From: Candidatus Thalassarchaeum betae
Lineage (GTDB): Archaea > Thermoplasmatota > Poseidoniia > Poseidoniales > Thalassarchaeaceae
Direction: 5' to 3'
Length of the DNA stretch: 64,000 bases
NCBI GenBank assembly: GCA_003193925.1
Contig: PSPG01000001.1
Location: 15,494 to 79,493 of the forward strand
Shown: positions 49,973 to 59,856 of the stretch, piece after piece
Numbering within the stretch: the stretch's first letter is position 1
How the letters are laid out: every line of letters begins with the position of its first letter
Program-made: the position numbers and the translations under genes
Notes under the pieces: generated by a model
What the model was told of the DNA's origin: nothing
Seen by the model: only the letters and a program-made list of their open reading frames with translations
The model's database searches: none

Positions 49973-52312
49973 TTGTCGAGCCCCATACAGCGAGTCGCCG
50001 TCATCGGCAGCGGCGTGATGGGTGCCGGGATAGCCGCCCATTGTGCCAACGCCGGCTGCGACGTACTTCTCCTCGACATCGTCCCGGACGGCGCAGAGGA
50101 CCGCAGTGTAATCGCCAAGGGCGCGATTCAGCAGATGCTCAAGTCGAACCCCGAGATGCTGATGCACAAGCGAAACGTCAAGCGCATCAGCGCCGGGAAT
50201 ATCGAAGACGACCTGTCAAGGTTGGGTGATTTCGACTGGGTGGTCGAGGTGATTATCGAGAACCTCGACATCAAGCGCAGCCTCTACGCTAACCTCGCAG
50301 AGCATATCGGACCAGATACGATCGTATCGTCCAACACATCCACTCTGCCAAGGTCAGAATTGGTCGAAGGAATGCCAAAAGAGATGGCCTCTCGCTTCCT
50401 CATCACTCACTTCTTCAATCCCCCTCGATACCTGCCCCTGCTCGAGGTCGTCACAGCCGCTGAGGTAGACGAGTCAGCGACCGAGCGATTCAGCTCGTTC
50501 GCCGACGAGCGACTCGGCAAGAGAGTGATAATGTGCAACGACGAACCTGGCTTCATTGCCAACAGGCTCGGCGTCTATTTCATCCAAAGGGCGTTCAAGG
50601 CGACGATCGACCACGGCTTCACCGTCGAGCAGGCAGACGCCATGCTGGGGCGGCCCATCGGGGTCCCCAAGACCGCGGTGTTCGGTCTGATCGACTTGGT
50701 CGGCGTAGACCTGTCCGGCCACGTGATAGAGAGCCTGCTCTCGCACCTCCCCCCGGATGACCCGTTCCACGACATCGTGGGTACTGGGGAAGACATCATT
50801 CAGGCAATGATCGCGGACGGATACACCGGCCGCAAGGGCAAGGGCGGCTTCTACCGTCTCAACAAGGAGGGCGGCAAGCGCGTCAAGGAGGCTCGAAGCC
50901 TAACCACAGGCGAGTACTCCCCGGCCGACCGCAAGGCCACGTTTCCCTCTGCCAAGATGGGCAAGCAGGGACTGGGCCCGCTGATGGACTACCCCGATGA
51001 GGGAGCCGCTTTCGTAACCGAAATCCTGCTCGACACGCTGTCCTACGCGGCGCACCTCGTGCCCGATGTCAGCGACGACGTCTATTCGATAGACAGCGCG
51101 ATGAAGGTTGGCTACAACTGGAAGCGAGGCCCCTTCGAGATGATAGATTCGATTGGTGCTAGCAACTTTGTCGAGAGACTCAAGACAAGCGGACGCAGCG
51201 TGCCCGGCTTCCTCAAGACTGCCGCAGGCAATGGAGGCTTCTACTCGGTCGCGGACGGGGAGATCCAGCGACTCACCCCCGACGGCTCCATGGTCGCCGT
51301 CGAAAGGCCCGAATCCACTCTCACCGTGGCCGACCTCAAGCGCCGGGGCAAGGCGCTCAAGCGCAATGGCTCGGCAAGCATCTGGGACATGGGCGACGGA
51401 ATCATGCTCGTCGAGTATCACTCAAAGATGAACGCAATGGACCCGATGAACATGGAGATGCTCGTCAACGCAGTCGACCTCGCTGAGTCCGAAGGCTGGG
51501 AAGGGATAGTCATCGGCAACGACGCGCCCAACTTCTGCGCCGGAGCGAATCTCGGCTTGGTTCTATTCGCGGTTAATCTCGCGGCATGGAAGGACGTCGA
51601 GGACTTCATCGCCGCCGGACAGGACACCTATCAGGCTCTCAAGTACTGCGAGGTCCCCGTGGTCGCAGCTTCAGCTGGACTGTGCTTAGGCGGTGGTGCC
51701 GAGGTGCTCATGCATTGCGATGCTGTTGTTGCCCATGGCGAATCTTACGTCGGACTCGTCGAGGTCGGGGTCGGCATCGTCCCGGCCTGGGGCGGCTGCA
51801 AGGAGCTGATGGGTCGCCTGCGCGATTTCGGCCTCGTCGAGGAGGGGCCCATGCCACCTGTGATGAAGGCGTTTGAGTATATCGGCACAGCTCAGGTCGC
51901 GAAGTCAGCAGAACAAGCGCGTGACATGGGTTTCATCGCACCTGACGACCGCATCACGATGAATCGCGACCGCCTGCTCGCAGACGCCAAGGCCCGCGCG
52001 CTCGAACTCTCTGAGGATTACAAGCCTCCCGAGCCGCGAACCTACATTTTGCCCGGGCCATCGGGGAAGGCAGCACTAGATCTCGCGGTCAGAGATTTGG
52101 CTCTGTCTGGCCAGGCCACCGCTCACGATGTGGTAGTGACTGGCGAACTCGCTTGGGTTCTCTCAGGGGGCGAAACCGACTTGATCGAGTCTGTTGACGA
52201 AGACTACATCCTCGCCATGGAGAGGGAAGCGATAGGCAGACTCGGCCGGCTCGAGGCCTCGCTTGATCGCATGGAGCACATGCTAGAGACCGGCAAGCCA
52301 TTGAGGAACTGA
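49973..52312 (+). CDS. 3-hydroxyacyl-CoA dehydrogenase/enoyl-CoA hydratase fusion (FadN type)
   Basis: GSGVMG, SSNTS, HFFNPPRY, PGFIANR, C-terminal crotonase FCAGAN/LGGGAE, GKPLRN; TTG start after AGGTGG. Confidence 0.92.
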   Translation: MSSPIQRVAVIGSGVMGAGIAAHCANAGCDVLLLDIVPDGAEDRSVIAKGAIQQMLKSNPEMLMHKRNVKRISAGNIEDDLSRLGDFDWVVEVIIENLDIKRSLYANLAEHIGPDTIVSSNTSTLPRSELVEGMPKEMASRFLITHFFNPPRYLPLLEVVTAAEVDESATERFSSFADERLGKRVIMCNDEPGFIANRLGVYFIQRAFKATIDHGFTVEQADAMLGRPIGVPKTAVFGLIDLVGVDLSGHVIESLLSHLPPDDPFHDIVGTGEDIIQAMIADGYTGRKGKGGFYRLNKEGGKRVKEARSLTTGEYSPADRKATFPSAKMGKQGLGPLMDYPDEGAAFVTEILLDTLSYAAHLVPDVSDDVYSIDSAMKVGYNWKRGPFEMIDSIGASNFVERLKTSGRSVPGFLKTAAGNGGFYSVADGEIQRLTPDGSMVAVERPESTLTVADLKRRGKALKRNGSASIWDMGDGIMLVEYHSKMNAMDPMNMEMLVNAVDLAESEGWEGIVIGNDAPNFCAGANLGLVLFAVNLAAWKDVEDFIAAGQDTYQALKYCEVPVVAASAGLCLGGGAEVLMHCDAVVAHGESYVGLVEVGVGIVPAWGGCKELMGRLRDFGLVEEGPMPPVMKAFEYIGTAQVAKSAEQARDMGFIAPDDRITMNRDRLLADAKARALELSEDYKPPEPRTYILPGPSGKAALDLAVRDLALSGQATAHDVVVTGELAWVLSGGETDLIESVDEDYILAMEREAIGRLGRLEASLDRMEHMLETGKPLRN

Positions 52313-52321
52313 GGTGATTGA

Positions 52322-54127
52322 ATGGTAGTGTGGGATGCCCCGATACGCGATTACGAGTTCCTCTTCAACGAGGTGTTCGACTCCATCGAGACCGTGCAGC
52401 GCCTCGGCTACGACGACTTCGACGCAGACTACCTGAGCATGCTCATGGAGGGCTGGGCCGAGCACGCCAAGGAGGTATGGCTGCCCATCAACGCCCTCGG
52501 TGACCACCGTGGGCTGAAGTTCGAGGATGGCAGGATCACCATGCCCCAAGAGTTCCGTGACGCATACCGCAAGGGCATCGACGAGGGCTGGCTTTCGACC
52601 TCATGCAGGCCAGAGCACGGCGGTATGGGCCTGCCGATATTCTTCCAAGCGGTGACTTGGGCCGAGTTCGGAACCTCTACCTGCATGGCGCTCAGCGTCC
52701 TCCCGGCGCTGACCATAGGCGTTTACGAAGTCCTCGCGGCGAACGGCAGGCAGGACCTCATCGACTACTTCGCGACCAACCTCGCCTCGGGCGAGTGGGC
52801 CGGCACGATGTGCCTGACCGAGCCGCACGCGGGCACCGATCTCGGCATCATCACCACCAAGGCTACTCCTCAGGACGACGGCACCTACCGCGTCTCTGGC
52901 ACTAAGATATTCATCACCTACGGTGAGCATGACATGGCGGAAAACATCGTACATCTCGTCCTCGCCAAGGCACCGGACGCCCCCGAGGGGTCAAGGGGCA
53001 TCTCACTTTTCCTCGTCCCGAAGCATCTCCCGAAGGAGTGGGAGTCAGGCGGCATGGGGGGAATTTCCCACGATCTCTCTGGCGAGCTCAATGGAATCAC
53101 CTGTTCCGGGAGCGAGGGGAAGATGGGGCTCCACGCTTCGCCTACCTGTGTCATGAACTTCGACGACAGCGTCGGCTGGCTCGTCGGCCCGCTGCACGGT
53201 GGTATGCCATTGATGTTCCAGATGATGAATCGCGAGAGGGTCGCTACTGGAATGATGGGTCTAGGACTCGCTGAGATAGCCTACCAGAACGCGCTCGCGT
53301 GGGCGCGCGAGCGCCGTCAGGGCCGCGACATCAAGGGCATCCGCGAGCCGAACGAACGCGCAGACAACATCCTCGTCCACCCCGATGTCCGCCGAATGCT
53401 GCTCGAGGCCAAGGTCAACAACGAGGGCTGCAGAGCTCTGGCATCTTGGACCGGTCTGCTGCTCGACCAGATGCACAGCGACGACCCCGAAGAGGCCGAG
53501 CGGGCCACTGCCCTAGTCGCTCTTTTCACACCTATCGTCAAGGCGCACTTCACCGATTTGGGCTGCGAGACCACCAGTACGTGCATGCAGGTCATGGGCG
53601 GTGCTGGATATATCACCGAGTTCGGCGTTGAGCAGTTCTACCGCGATGTGCGTATCTCGAAGATATGGGAGGGCACTAACGGAATCCAAGCACTCGATTT
53701 GGCCGGGCGCAAAATCACCCAGAACATGGGGAAGAACCTCCGTCACCTGATGTGGCCACTGACAGAGTTCATCGAGGAGAACCGCGAGATTCCCGAGATG
53801 TCTGAGTTCAACAAACCCCTCCATCAGGGAGTGCGAGGACTCCAGCAGATCACACTCCTGATGATTGCCGAGGGCATGGCAAACCCTCACTTCCTCGCAG
53901 CCGGCGCCACCGACTACTGCCGCTACTTCGGCAACATCCTGCTCGGCTACATGTGGGCGAGGATGGCTAGGATCTCCCTCGAGAAGAAGGGCGAGCCGTT
54001 CTACGACGCGAAACTGGCCAGCGCTCGCTTCTTCTTCACGCGGATATTCCCTGAGACCATCGGTCTCGCAGCCAAGATCCAGTCCGGTCCTAAGCCGCTC
54101 ATGGACTACCCAGCGGAGTTGTTCTGA
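52322..54127 (+). CDS. Acyl-CoA dehydrogenase
   Basis: MCLTEPHAGTD, GTKIFIT, KMGLHASPT, GGAGY, IWEGTNGIQ. Confidence 0.94.
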   Translation: MVVWDAPIRDYEFLFNEVFDSIETVQRLGYDDFDADYLSMLMEGWAEHAKEVWLPINALGDHRGLKFEDGRITMPQEFRDAYRKGIDEGWLSTSCRPEHGGMGLPIFFQAVTWAEFGTSTCMALSVLPALTIGVYEVLAANGRQDLIDYFATNLASGEWAGTMCLTEPHAGTDLGIITTKATPQDDGTYRVSGTKIFITYGEHDMAENIVHLVLAKAPDAPEGSRGISLFLVPKHLPKEWESGGMGGISHDLSGELNGITCSGSEGKMGLHASPTCVMNFDDSVGWLVGPLHGGMPLMFQMMNRERVATGMMGLGLAEIAYQNALAWARERRQGRDIKGIREPNERADNILVHPDVRRMLLEAKVNNEGCRALASWTGLLLDQMHSDDPEEAERATALVALFTPIVKAHFTDLGCETTSTCMQVMGGAGYITEFGVEQFYRDVRISKIWEGTNGIQALDLAGRKITQNMGKNLRHLMWPLTEFIEENREIPEMSEFNKPLHQGVRGLQQITLLMIAEGMANPHFLAAGATDYCRYFGNILLGYMWARMARISLEKKGEPFYDAKLASARFFFTRIFPETIGLAAKIQSGPKPLMDYPAELF

Positions 54128-54396
54128 TGTCTGACGGCAAAGCGGGACGCAGCCTGAGGATGCGCTTCAAGCGCGCCACCAAACGCGTTTGGGAACTCCC
54201 GACCAGACCGTCGAACAAGAAGTTACTCGAGATGTACGCGCTGTACAAGCAGGCGACTGAGGGAGACTGCGAGGGCAGGGCACGGGGGGGACTGAGGGAC
54301 CGTGCCAAGTGGAAGGCTTGGAAGGGCGTTGCCGGAACTTCCGAGGCCGATGCCATGGAGCGATACTGCGAAATCGTCGACTCACTGATGGTGTAG
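54127..54396 (+). CDS. Acyl-CoA-binding protein (ACBP)
   Basis: LLEMYALYKQATEGD...RAKWKAW signature. Confidence 0.88.
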   Translation: MSDGKAGRSLRMRFKRATKRVWELPTRPSNKKLLEMYALYKQATEGDCEGRARGGLRDRAKWKAWKGVAGTSEADAMERYCEIVDSLMV

Positions 54397-54400
54397 TCCC

Positions 54401-54901
54401 ATGCCGATAGACGAGACCAAACTGGTCGCTGAGTACCGAGTTCTTCTGGGTGCAGTCAAGTTCCGCCTTTTCTCGGCTCTCTCCATGCCCACTGCTAGGT
54501 TCGCAGGACTTCGTATGAATCGCATCGACGATGAGGTCTGCGTGACCTCTATTCCCGGTGGATGGCGCTCCCAGAACCCGTTCAAGACGATGTACTGGGC
54601 CGTACAGGGCATGGGCGCAGAACTCGCAACAGGCGCAGCACCGTTCGCCATGTCGCGCGCCATGCCCGAAAAACTGCGCATGTTTGTAATCGACTGCAAG
54701 GGCACGTTCACCAAGCGCGCCAAGGGGCGCATCACCTTCACCTGCGACGGAGTCGCAGCCGCCCGCCAAGCCATCGAACAGAGCATGGCCACCGGCGAAG
54801 CGATTGATTGCGAACTCAGATCGGTTGGGAAGGATGCATCGGGCGACATCGTCTCCGAATGGGTATTCAAGTGGAATTTCCGAGTGCTGGATGGCAGGTG
54901 A
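54401..54901 (+). CDS. Hot-dog-fold thioesterase-like protein (DUF4442/PaaI-like)
   Basis: QNPFKTMYWA...AELATG, FTKRAKGRITF. Confidence 0.8.
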   Translation: MPIDETKLVAEYRVLLGAVKFRLFSALSMPTARFAGLRMNRIDDEVCVTSIPGGWRSQNPFKTMYWAVQGMGAELATGAAPFAMSRAMPEKLRMFVIDCKGTFTKRAKGRITFTCDGVAAARQAIEQSMATGEAIDCELRSVGKDASGDIVSEWVFKWNFRVLDGR

Positions 54902-55904
54902 GTGGTTGGTAAGCACGAGGTTCACCGAGGACGCAGGGGTCGAGTACCCGATCATCTGTGGTGCGATGTACCCGTGCTCGAACCCGGAGTTAGTGGCCGC
55001 AGCAGCCGAGGGCGGCGGCCTCGCTATCATGCAACCAGTCTCCATGACCTACGTGCATGGTCATGACCTCAGGGAAGGCATCCGTTTCATGCGCACGCAC
55101 ACAGACAAGCCGATCGGCTTCAACGCCCTCATCGAGAAAGGCTCCAAGAAGTACTTCGAGAAGATGTCTGGCTGGATTGACATCGCCCTCGAGGAAGACA
55201 TCCGTTTTTTCGTGACTTCTTTGGGCAAACCAGACTGGGTCTGCGACAAGGTCCACGCATTCGGAGGAGTGGTCTACCATGATGTCACCACCCGCAAATG
55301 GGCCGAGAAGGGCAAGGATTGCGGGGTCGATGGCCTGATTTGTGTTAACAACCGTGCCGGTGGGCACCTCGGCCCATCGACGCCGGAGGAGATGTACGAG
55401 GAGTTGTCCGACATGGGACTGCCTTTGATATGCGCCGGTGGAGTTGGTAGCGAGGCAGAACTCAACAGAGCGCTGGAGATCGGCTACGACGGCGTGCAGA
55501 TGGGAACGAGGTTCATCGCCACCACAGAGTGCAACACACCTGAGGACTACAAGGACGCCATCGTAGGTGCAGGAGAGGAGGACATCACTTGGACCAATAG
55601 GCTGACTGGAGTGCCGATTTCGGTAATCAAGTCGCCCGGCTTCAAGCAGGAGAACTCATGGCTGATGCGCAAACTCCTCAGTAGCAGATACAAGCACACG
55701 GCCCGAATGATGCTGAACGCGAACTCGTTCATCCGCCTGAAGTACCTCTCGAGGAGCAAGAGCAAGAACACGGCGAAGAAGAAGAAGTTCTACTCCGCGG
55801 GCAAGAGCGTCGAGACGGTGCGTAGCATCGAGTCGGCCACCGTAATCATGCGCCGCCTAGGCGAGTCCCTGGACTCCAACCCGAAACTTGCGGAGGAGTG
55901 GTAG
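54891..55904 (+). CDS. Nitronate monooxygenase/FabK-like FMN oxidoreductase
   Basis: YPIICGAM, AGGH, AGGV, GVQMGTRFIATTEC. Confidence 0.88.
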   Translation: MAGEWLVSTRFTEDAGVEYPIICGAMYPCSNPELVAAAAEGGGLAIMQPVSMTYVHGHDLREGIRFMRTHTDKPIGFNALIEKGSKKYFEKMSGWIDIALEEDIRFFVTSLGKPDWVCDKVHAFGGVVYHDVTTRKWAEKGKDCGVDGLICVNNRAGGHLGPSTPEEMYEELSDMGLPLICAGGVGSEAELNRALEIGYDGVQMGTRFIATTECNTPEDYKDAIVGAGEEDITWTNRLTGVPISVIKSPGFKQENSWLMRKLLSSRYKHTARMMLNANSFIRLKYLSRSKSKNTAKKKKFYSAGKSVETVRSIESATVIMRRLGESLDSNPKLAEEW

Positions 55905-58900
55905 TCAGAGGACGCGGCTGTTTAGCTGCTGGGCATCACCCACCACGCCGAACCCGTACTCCTCCTCGAGCGCGCGAGAGACCAGCCTGAAGTCGGAGTC
56001 GCGTGTGGCAACTAAGATGCTGCCGACGTCGTTGATGCTGGTCGAAGCGAGAAGTGCGGCATCGCACATGATGTCCCGATCCCCTCTTTCCGGGTAGATC
56101 TCCTCTCCGCCGATGGACGTCCTCTTCGGTGCTTTGCCACCTCTCCTCTTCTGCTCGTCGACCAGTTGGAAGACCTCACGGTGCCTGACGAGGAACTCGT
56201 CCAGCCCGACGTCGGTCTTGTTCCCCTCCGAGCCGGAGTGCTTCCAGTCACCGAAGGCCGTGCAAATCGCCTGCACCCTCTCCTGGAGGAACTCGGCAGT
56301 GATTTTCTCACCCCACATGCCCTTGTCGATGTACACGTCCTCGAACAGTCCCAAGACGGAGTCCGGGCTCTTCGCCCGATGCAGGAACTCGCCCTTGGCG
56401 GCAGGCGGTATGTGAAGATGAACACGATCTTCCCCTCTCCTGCGTCTCAGCATCCAGTGGAAGGCCCTCTCCACCGTCCAGTCCAGACTTCCTAGGCTAT
56501 CCACTGATATCTCCATCAGCAGGTCGTCTTTCAGCGCCCCGATCAGAATGTTGGTATCGACCAGTATCAGCGGTCTGAGGGACAGGTTCCTCAGCGTCCT
56601 CCTGTCCTTGACCGGTATGGTTCCGCTGTGGCTTCCGAAGAGAGCTCGTTGGGTCCTCTTCAGAGTATTCTTCTGCTTGGCATTGAGGCTGCCAGATTCG
56701 ATGGCCTTCTCTAACATCCAGAGTCCACGAAGCGGGTCATCCTCTGTGACTTCCATGCAGATGAGTGTGATTTCCTGAGTGTCCTTCTCCCCCCTCATCT
56801 CAATCAGGAACCTCCTCTCCAAATCGGATTGACGACTAGTCTCGGAGCTCCTCAGCTCCTGAAGAGCGGCCCTGACTCTTCCTTGGAACGGGTCCAGGGG
56901 GAGGTCATGCTCGTTGGGATACCTCTGCAGGGTCTCCAGAGCCTCGAGGCGCCTCGCCTTGACTCCGTTCCCAGCGCCGTTCCTCGTACGCTCCTCCTCT
57001 CGAGCGGCGAACTCTATCAGGCGACTGCTGGCAGCCTCCTTCTTGCCTTCTTCGTGGTCCCTGCAGATTCTGAGGTAGAGTTTGAATCGGTTCGTGACGG
57101 AGCTTGAGAGAACAGGATGGCCATCGATTAGGGCCACCGCTTCCCTCCACCCCGCGGCGTGAGCGAACTCGATGAGCGACTTGCGCAGTATCAGAGCCGA
57201 GCGCTCAAAGTCCAAGCGTAGTTTCATCGCAGCATCTTTGTAGGCCCGGGCCGCGTTCATACGATCGTCGTTGCCTCGCAGGATGGCGGCCCTGACTATC
57301 TGAAACTCCGCCCCTGACCTGTCGTGGTTGCTATACCACTTCTCCAGAGGCCCGACTCCTACATTGTGCTCGATAACCAGATTGGTCGCGCCACCGATGA
57401 TGCGCATCGACGAGTCTTTGCGACCACAGAGACGACCCAAGGACTCAGCCGCGCTCTCCTCGCGCTCCGTAACTCCACTCTGCAGGTCCATCGCAGCGCG
57501 GTTCAGTAGCAGCGCATCGATGAGAGCGTCGAACAGCCTACTCTCCAGACGGGTGAGTTCGGCGATTTCGATGGAATGTCTCAGATCCTCTATTCTAGCC
57601 TCTCTGACGACCCCGTCACCTTCGGGAGACAGGGCCCGCCTGACCTCGTTGAGAGCCCTGAGTCCGTCCGAGTCGAGTTTCTTATGCACCGATTCGATGT
57701 CTTGCGGGATTCCGTCTAGCAGGGAGATCAGGGCGATAGAGGCATCCGAGAGGATTCCGTCGTCGACGGAGCCCTCGATCGACATCAGCGCTGACTTTCG
57801 CAGCGCTGACAGATTATCCTTGGAGCCGATGGCGTCCTTCCCACTTATCAGGTGCCAAGCCAGCAGGACCCGATGAGGGTAAGCACGAGCGAGTGACGGG
57901 TCTTCCTTGAGAACGCCAACCAGACCACCGATGTCAGCCGCACTAGTGAACATGTTGAGTATCTCGTCGGTGTGCCTGATGGAGTCCATTTCGGAGAGCC
58001 TCCTAGCGGCCTGCAGTCTGATTCGAATTGGGACGCCATCATGCCTCATCACGAGGAGGGCTCCATCCCCGTCCATGGTGGTCACCGCTTCGGTGACGGA
58101 ATCGCCGAGAGCCTCCGAGTCTACCGTCACGAGGATGTCCAAAGCCGTGGAGACTTGCAAGGACCCCTCGATGCCAAGCTTCTCGATGTGCTGAAGCGCT
58201 TCGCTGGCCTTGCCTTCTGAAACCAGGCTCGAGGCGAGGCTCCACTTCAGCGCTTCCGGTATCACCTCACCAACTTCGGCGAGGACCGCGGATCCTGCGA
58301 GCAGGTCTTGCACCGATAACTCAACTCCAGAGTCTTCGACGCGCCGCCAGGCTGCGACTCTGAGTGCCCTAGACAAGCTACCGTCCCCGCTTCGCTTGGC
58401 GCAGGCCTCCCAGTCAGAGAGGTTCCCAGAGCGGATTCTGATCAGCATGGAGTGCCTGCCGGACAGTTCTCCCAATGCGCCGCCCTCCAGTACGTCAAAT
58501 ACTCCTAGAGCTTCGTCGCTCGAGGCGGATGCTAGCAGGATTCCCTCCAGAAGAGCCCCCTCCTCCCGGAGTCCCCTCAGCGATGGTCGCATAGAGCTGA
58601 GCCATCGATTAGGCCTCACTCGACCCCCCGAGAGGTCGCGTTTGATGCTCTGCAGGACCGAAGCTTGCTCGGAACTGGTCTTGAACGGCAGATCCACCGA
58701 GAGCCACATCTTGAGCTCATTGTGGTCAAGCGGGTCGAAGCGGGCCGCTTGGACCCAGTCCGTGGAGTCGACGACGACAACTTCTGGCTCGACTACTGGG
58801 AAGCGCCCCATCTCTGCAAGTAGAGGCGCCTCTCTGGCCAACCGCTCCCATACAGGGTGGATACCCTGCTCGCATTCTGATCGGAGAGAGACCATTTCAC

Positions 58901-59279
58901 CATCCCACGATGAATCCCACGACGCGCCCATCCGCTGCTTCTGAGCTGCCAGCACAGCGAGTTTGTATGCGGGCGGCTCGCTTGAGCACAGGGCCTCGGC
59001 GGGGGTTGCTAATCGGTCCTCCATGCTCCTGATCTTCCCCCTGCCGCCGCGTCGGCCGAGCCTAGGGCGGCGTCTGCTTGTCGCACCGCTAGGACCAGAG
59101 GGGACCTCGATGCCAATCGCCTCGGGAGCCGCCTTGGTCGCGGCTAGGAAGGCCAACGCCTTCCATTCGAGTGGCAGCAGGGACCAAACCCGAGAATCCC
59201 GCACCTCCTTCCGGCGCCTGCCGAGATCGTCACCGGCTCTCTGAAGGAACTCGAGACACTCGTGAAGATAATCCTCCAT
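55905..59279 (-). CDS. Large helical protein with C-terminal PIN domain
   Basis: ILVDTNIL...IPPAAKGE...ERGDRDIM...VATRDSDF acidic set; Leu/Ala/Glu/Arg-rich body. Confidence 0.75.
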   Translation of the reverse strand: MEDYLHECLEFLQRAGDDLGRRRKEVRDSRVWSLLPLEWKALAFLAATKAAPEAIGIEVPSGPSGATSRRRPRLGRRGGRGKIRSMEDRLATPAEALCSSEPPAYKLAVLAAQKQRMGASWDSSWDGEMVSLRSECEQGIHPVWERLAREAPLLAEMGRFPVVEPEVVVVDSTDWVQAARFDPLDHNELKMWLSVDLPFKTSSEQASVLQSIKRDLSGGRVRPNRWLSSMRPSLRGLREEGALLEGILLASASSDEALGVFDVLEGGALGELSGRHSMLIRIRSGNLSDWEACAKRSGDGSLSRALRVAAWRRVEDSGVELSVQDLLAGSAVLAEVGEVIPEALKWSLASSLVSEGKASEALQHIEKLGIEGSLQVSTALDILVTVDSEALGDSVTEAVTTMDGDGALLVMRHDGVPIRIRLQAARRLSEMDSIRHTDEILNMFTSAADIGGLVGVLKEDPSLARAYPHRVLLAWHLISGKDAIGSKDNLSALRKSALMSIEGSVDDGILSDASIALISLLDGIPQDIESVHKKLDSDGLRALNEVRRALSPEGDGVVREARIEDLRHSIEIAELTRLESRLFDALIDALLLNRAAMDLQSGVTEREESAAESLGRLCGRKDSSMRIIGGATNLVIEHNVGVGPLEKWYSNHDRSGAEFQIVRAAILRGNDDRMNAARAYKDAAMKLRLDFERSALILRKSLIEFAHAAGWREAVALIDGHPVLSSSVTNRFKLYLRICRDHEEGKKEAASSRLIEFAAREEERTRNGAGNGVKARRLEALETLQRYPNEHDLPLDPFQGRVRAALQELRSSETSRQSDLERRFLIEMRGEKDTQEITLICMEVTEDDPLRGLWMLEKAIESGSLNAKQKNTLKRTQRALFGSHSGTIPVKDRRTLRNLSLRPLILVDTNILIGALKDDLLMEISVDSLGSLDWTVERAFHWMLRRRRGEDRVHLHIPPAAKGEFLHRAKSPDSVLGLFEDVYIDKGMWGEKITAEFLQERVQAICTAFGDWKHSGSEGNKTDVGLDEFLVRHREVFQLVDEQKRRGGKAPKRTSIGGEEIYPERGDRDIMCDAALLASTSINDVGSILVATRDSDFRLVSRALEEEYGFGVVGDAQQLNSRVL

Positions 59280-59412
59280 CGGACCCCCCGGTAGGTCGGG
59301 TCCATGCACTTCCATACATCAACACATCGCCTTGCTCTGCAAGGCGCGGGGGGCGAGAACTCAAGGCTTCACAGCCGCAGCACCGGCTGTGGAAATCGCT
59401 CGCACGGCCGTG

Positions 59413-59856
59413 ATGCTGCTACACCCGATTGCAGCGCTGACACTGATATGGCTGTTTGCCAAGCAGCGCCGCTGGAGGAAAGAGGGACGTTTACTGAAGG
59501 GGGCGGAGAGGTCCGCTGCACTGGAGTCACACCAGGTCACTGGTGACCGGATGATGGCAGCTGTCTTGGGGGTGATAGCACTGGCGTTCACTGCGCAGTT
59601 AGCCAGAGCCCAGTTCGACGGCGTCGATGCCACCGCCTACCTCGTTCCGGGGCACTTCCACGGCTGGGCGGGGTTGCTCGGCCTCGCCCTGATGCTGAAC
59701 CTCTGGAGAATGGGACGCAAGACCCGTAACCAGAAGGCCGAGGGTCAGTCGTTCGCACGCAGCAAGGAGATGCACGGTAAAATCAGCGATCTGATGATGA
59801 CACTGGTCTTCATCCACGCTTTCCTGGGCTTCCTCTACCTATTCGCGATCCTGTGA
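59413..59856 (+). CDS. Four-TM His-containing membrane protein (DUF4079-like)
   Basis: LHP, SHQ, HFHGWAG and MHG around four hydrophobic helices. Confidence 0.6.
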   Translation: MLLHPIAALTLIWLFAKQRRWRKEGRLLKGAERSAALESHQVTGDRMMAAVLGVIALAFTAQLARAQFDGVDATAYLVPGHFHGWAGLLGLALMLNLWRMGRKTRNQKAEGQSFARSKEMHGKISDLMMTLVFIHAFLGFLYLFAIL

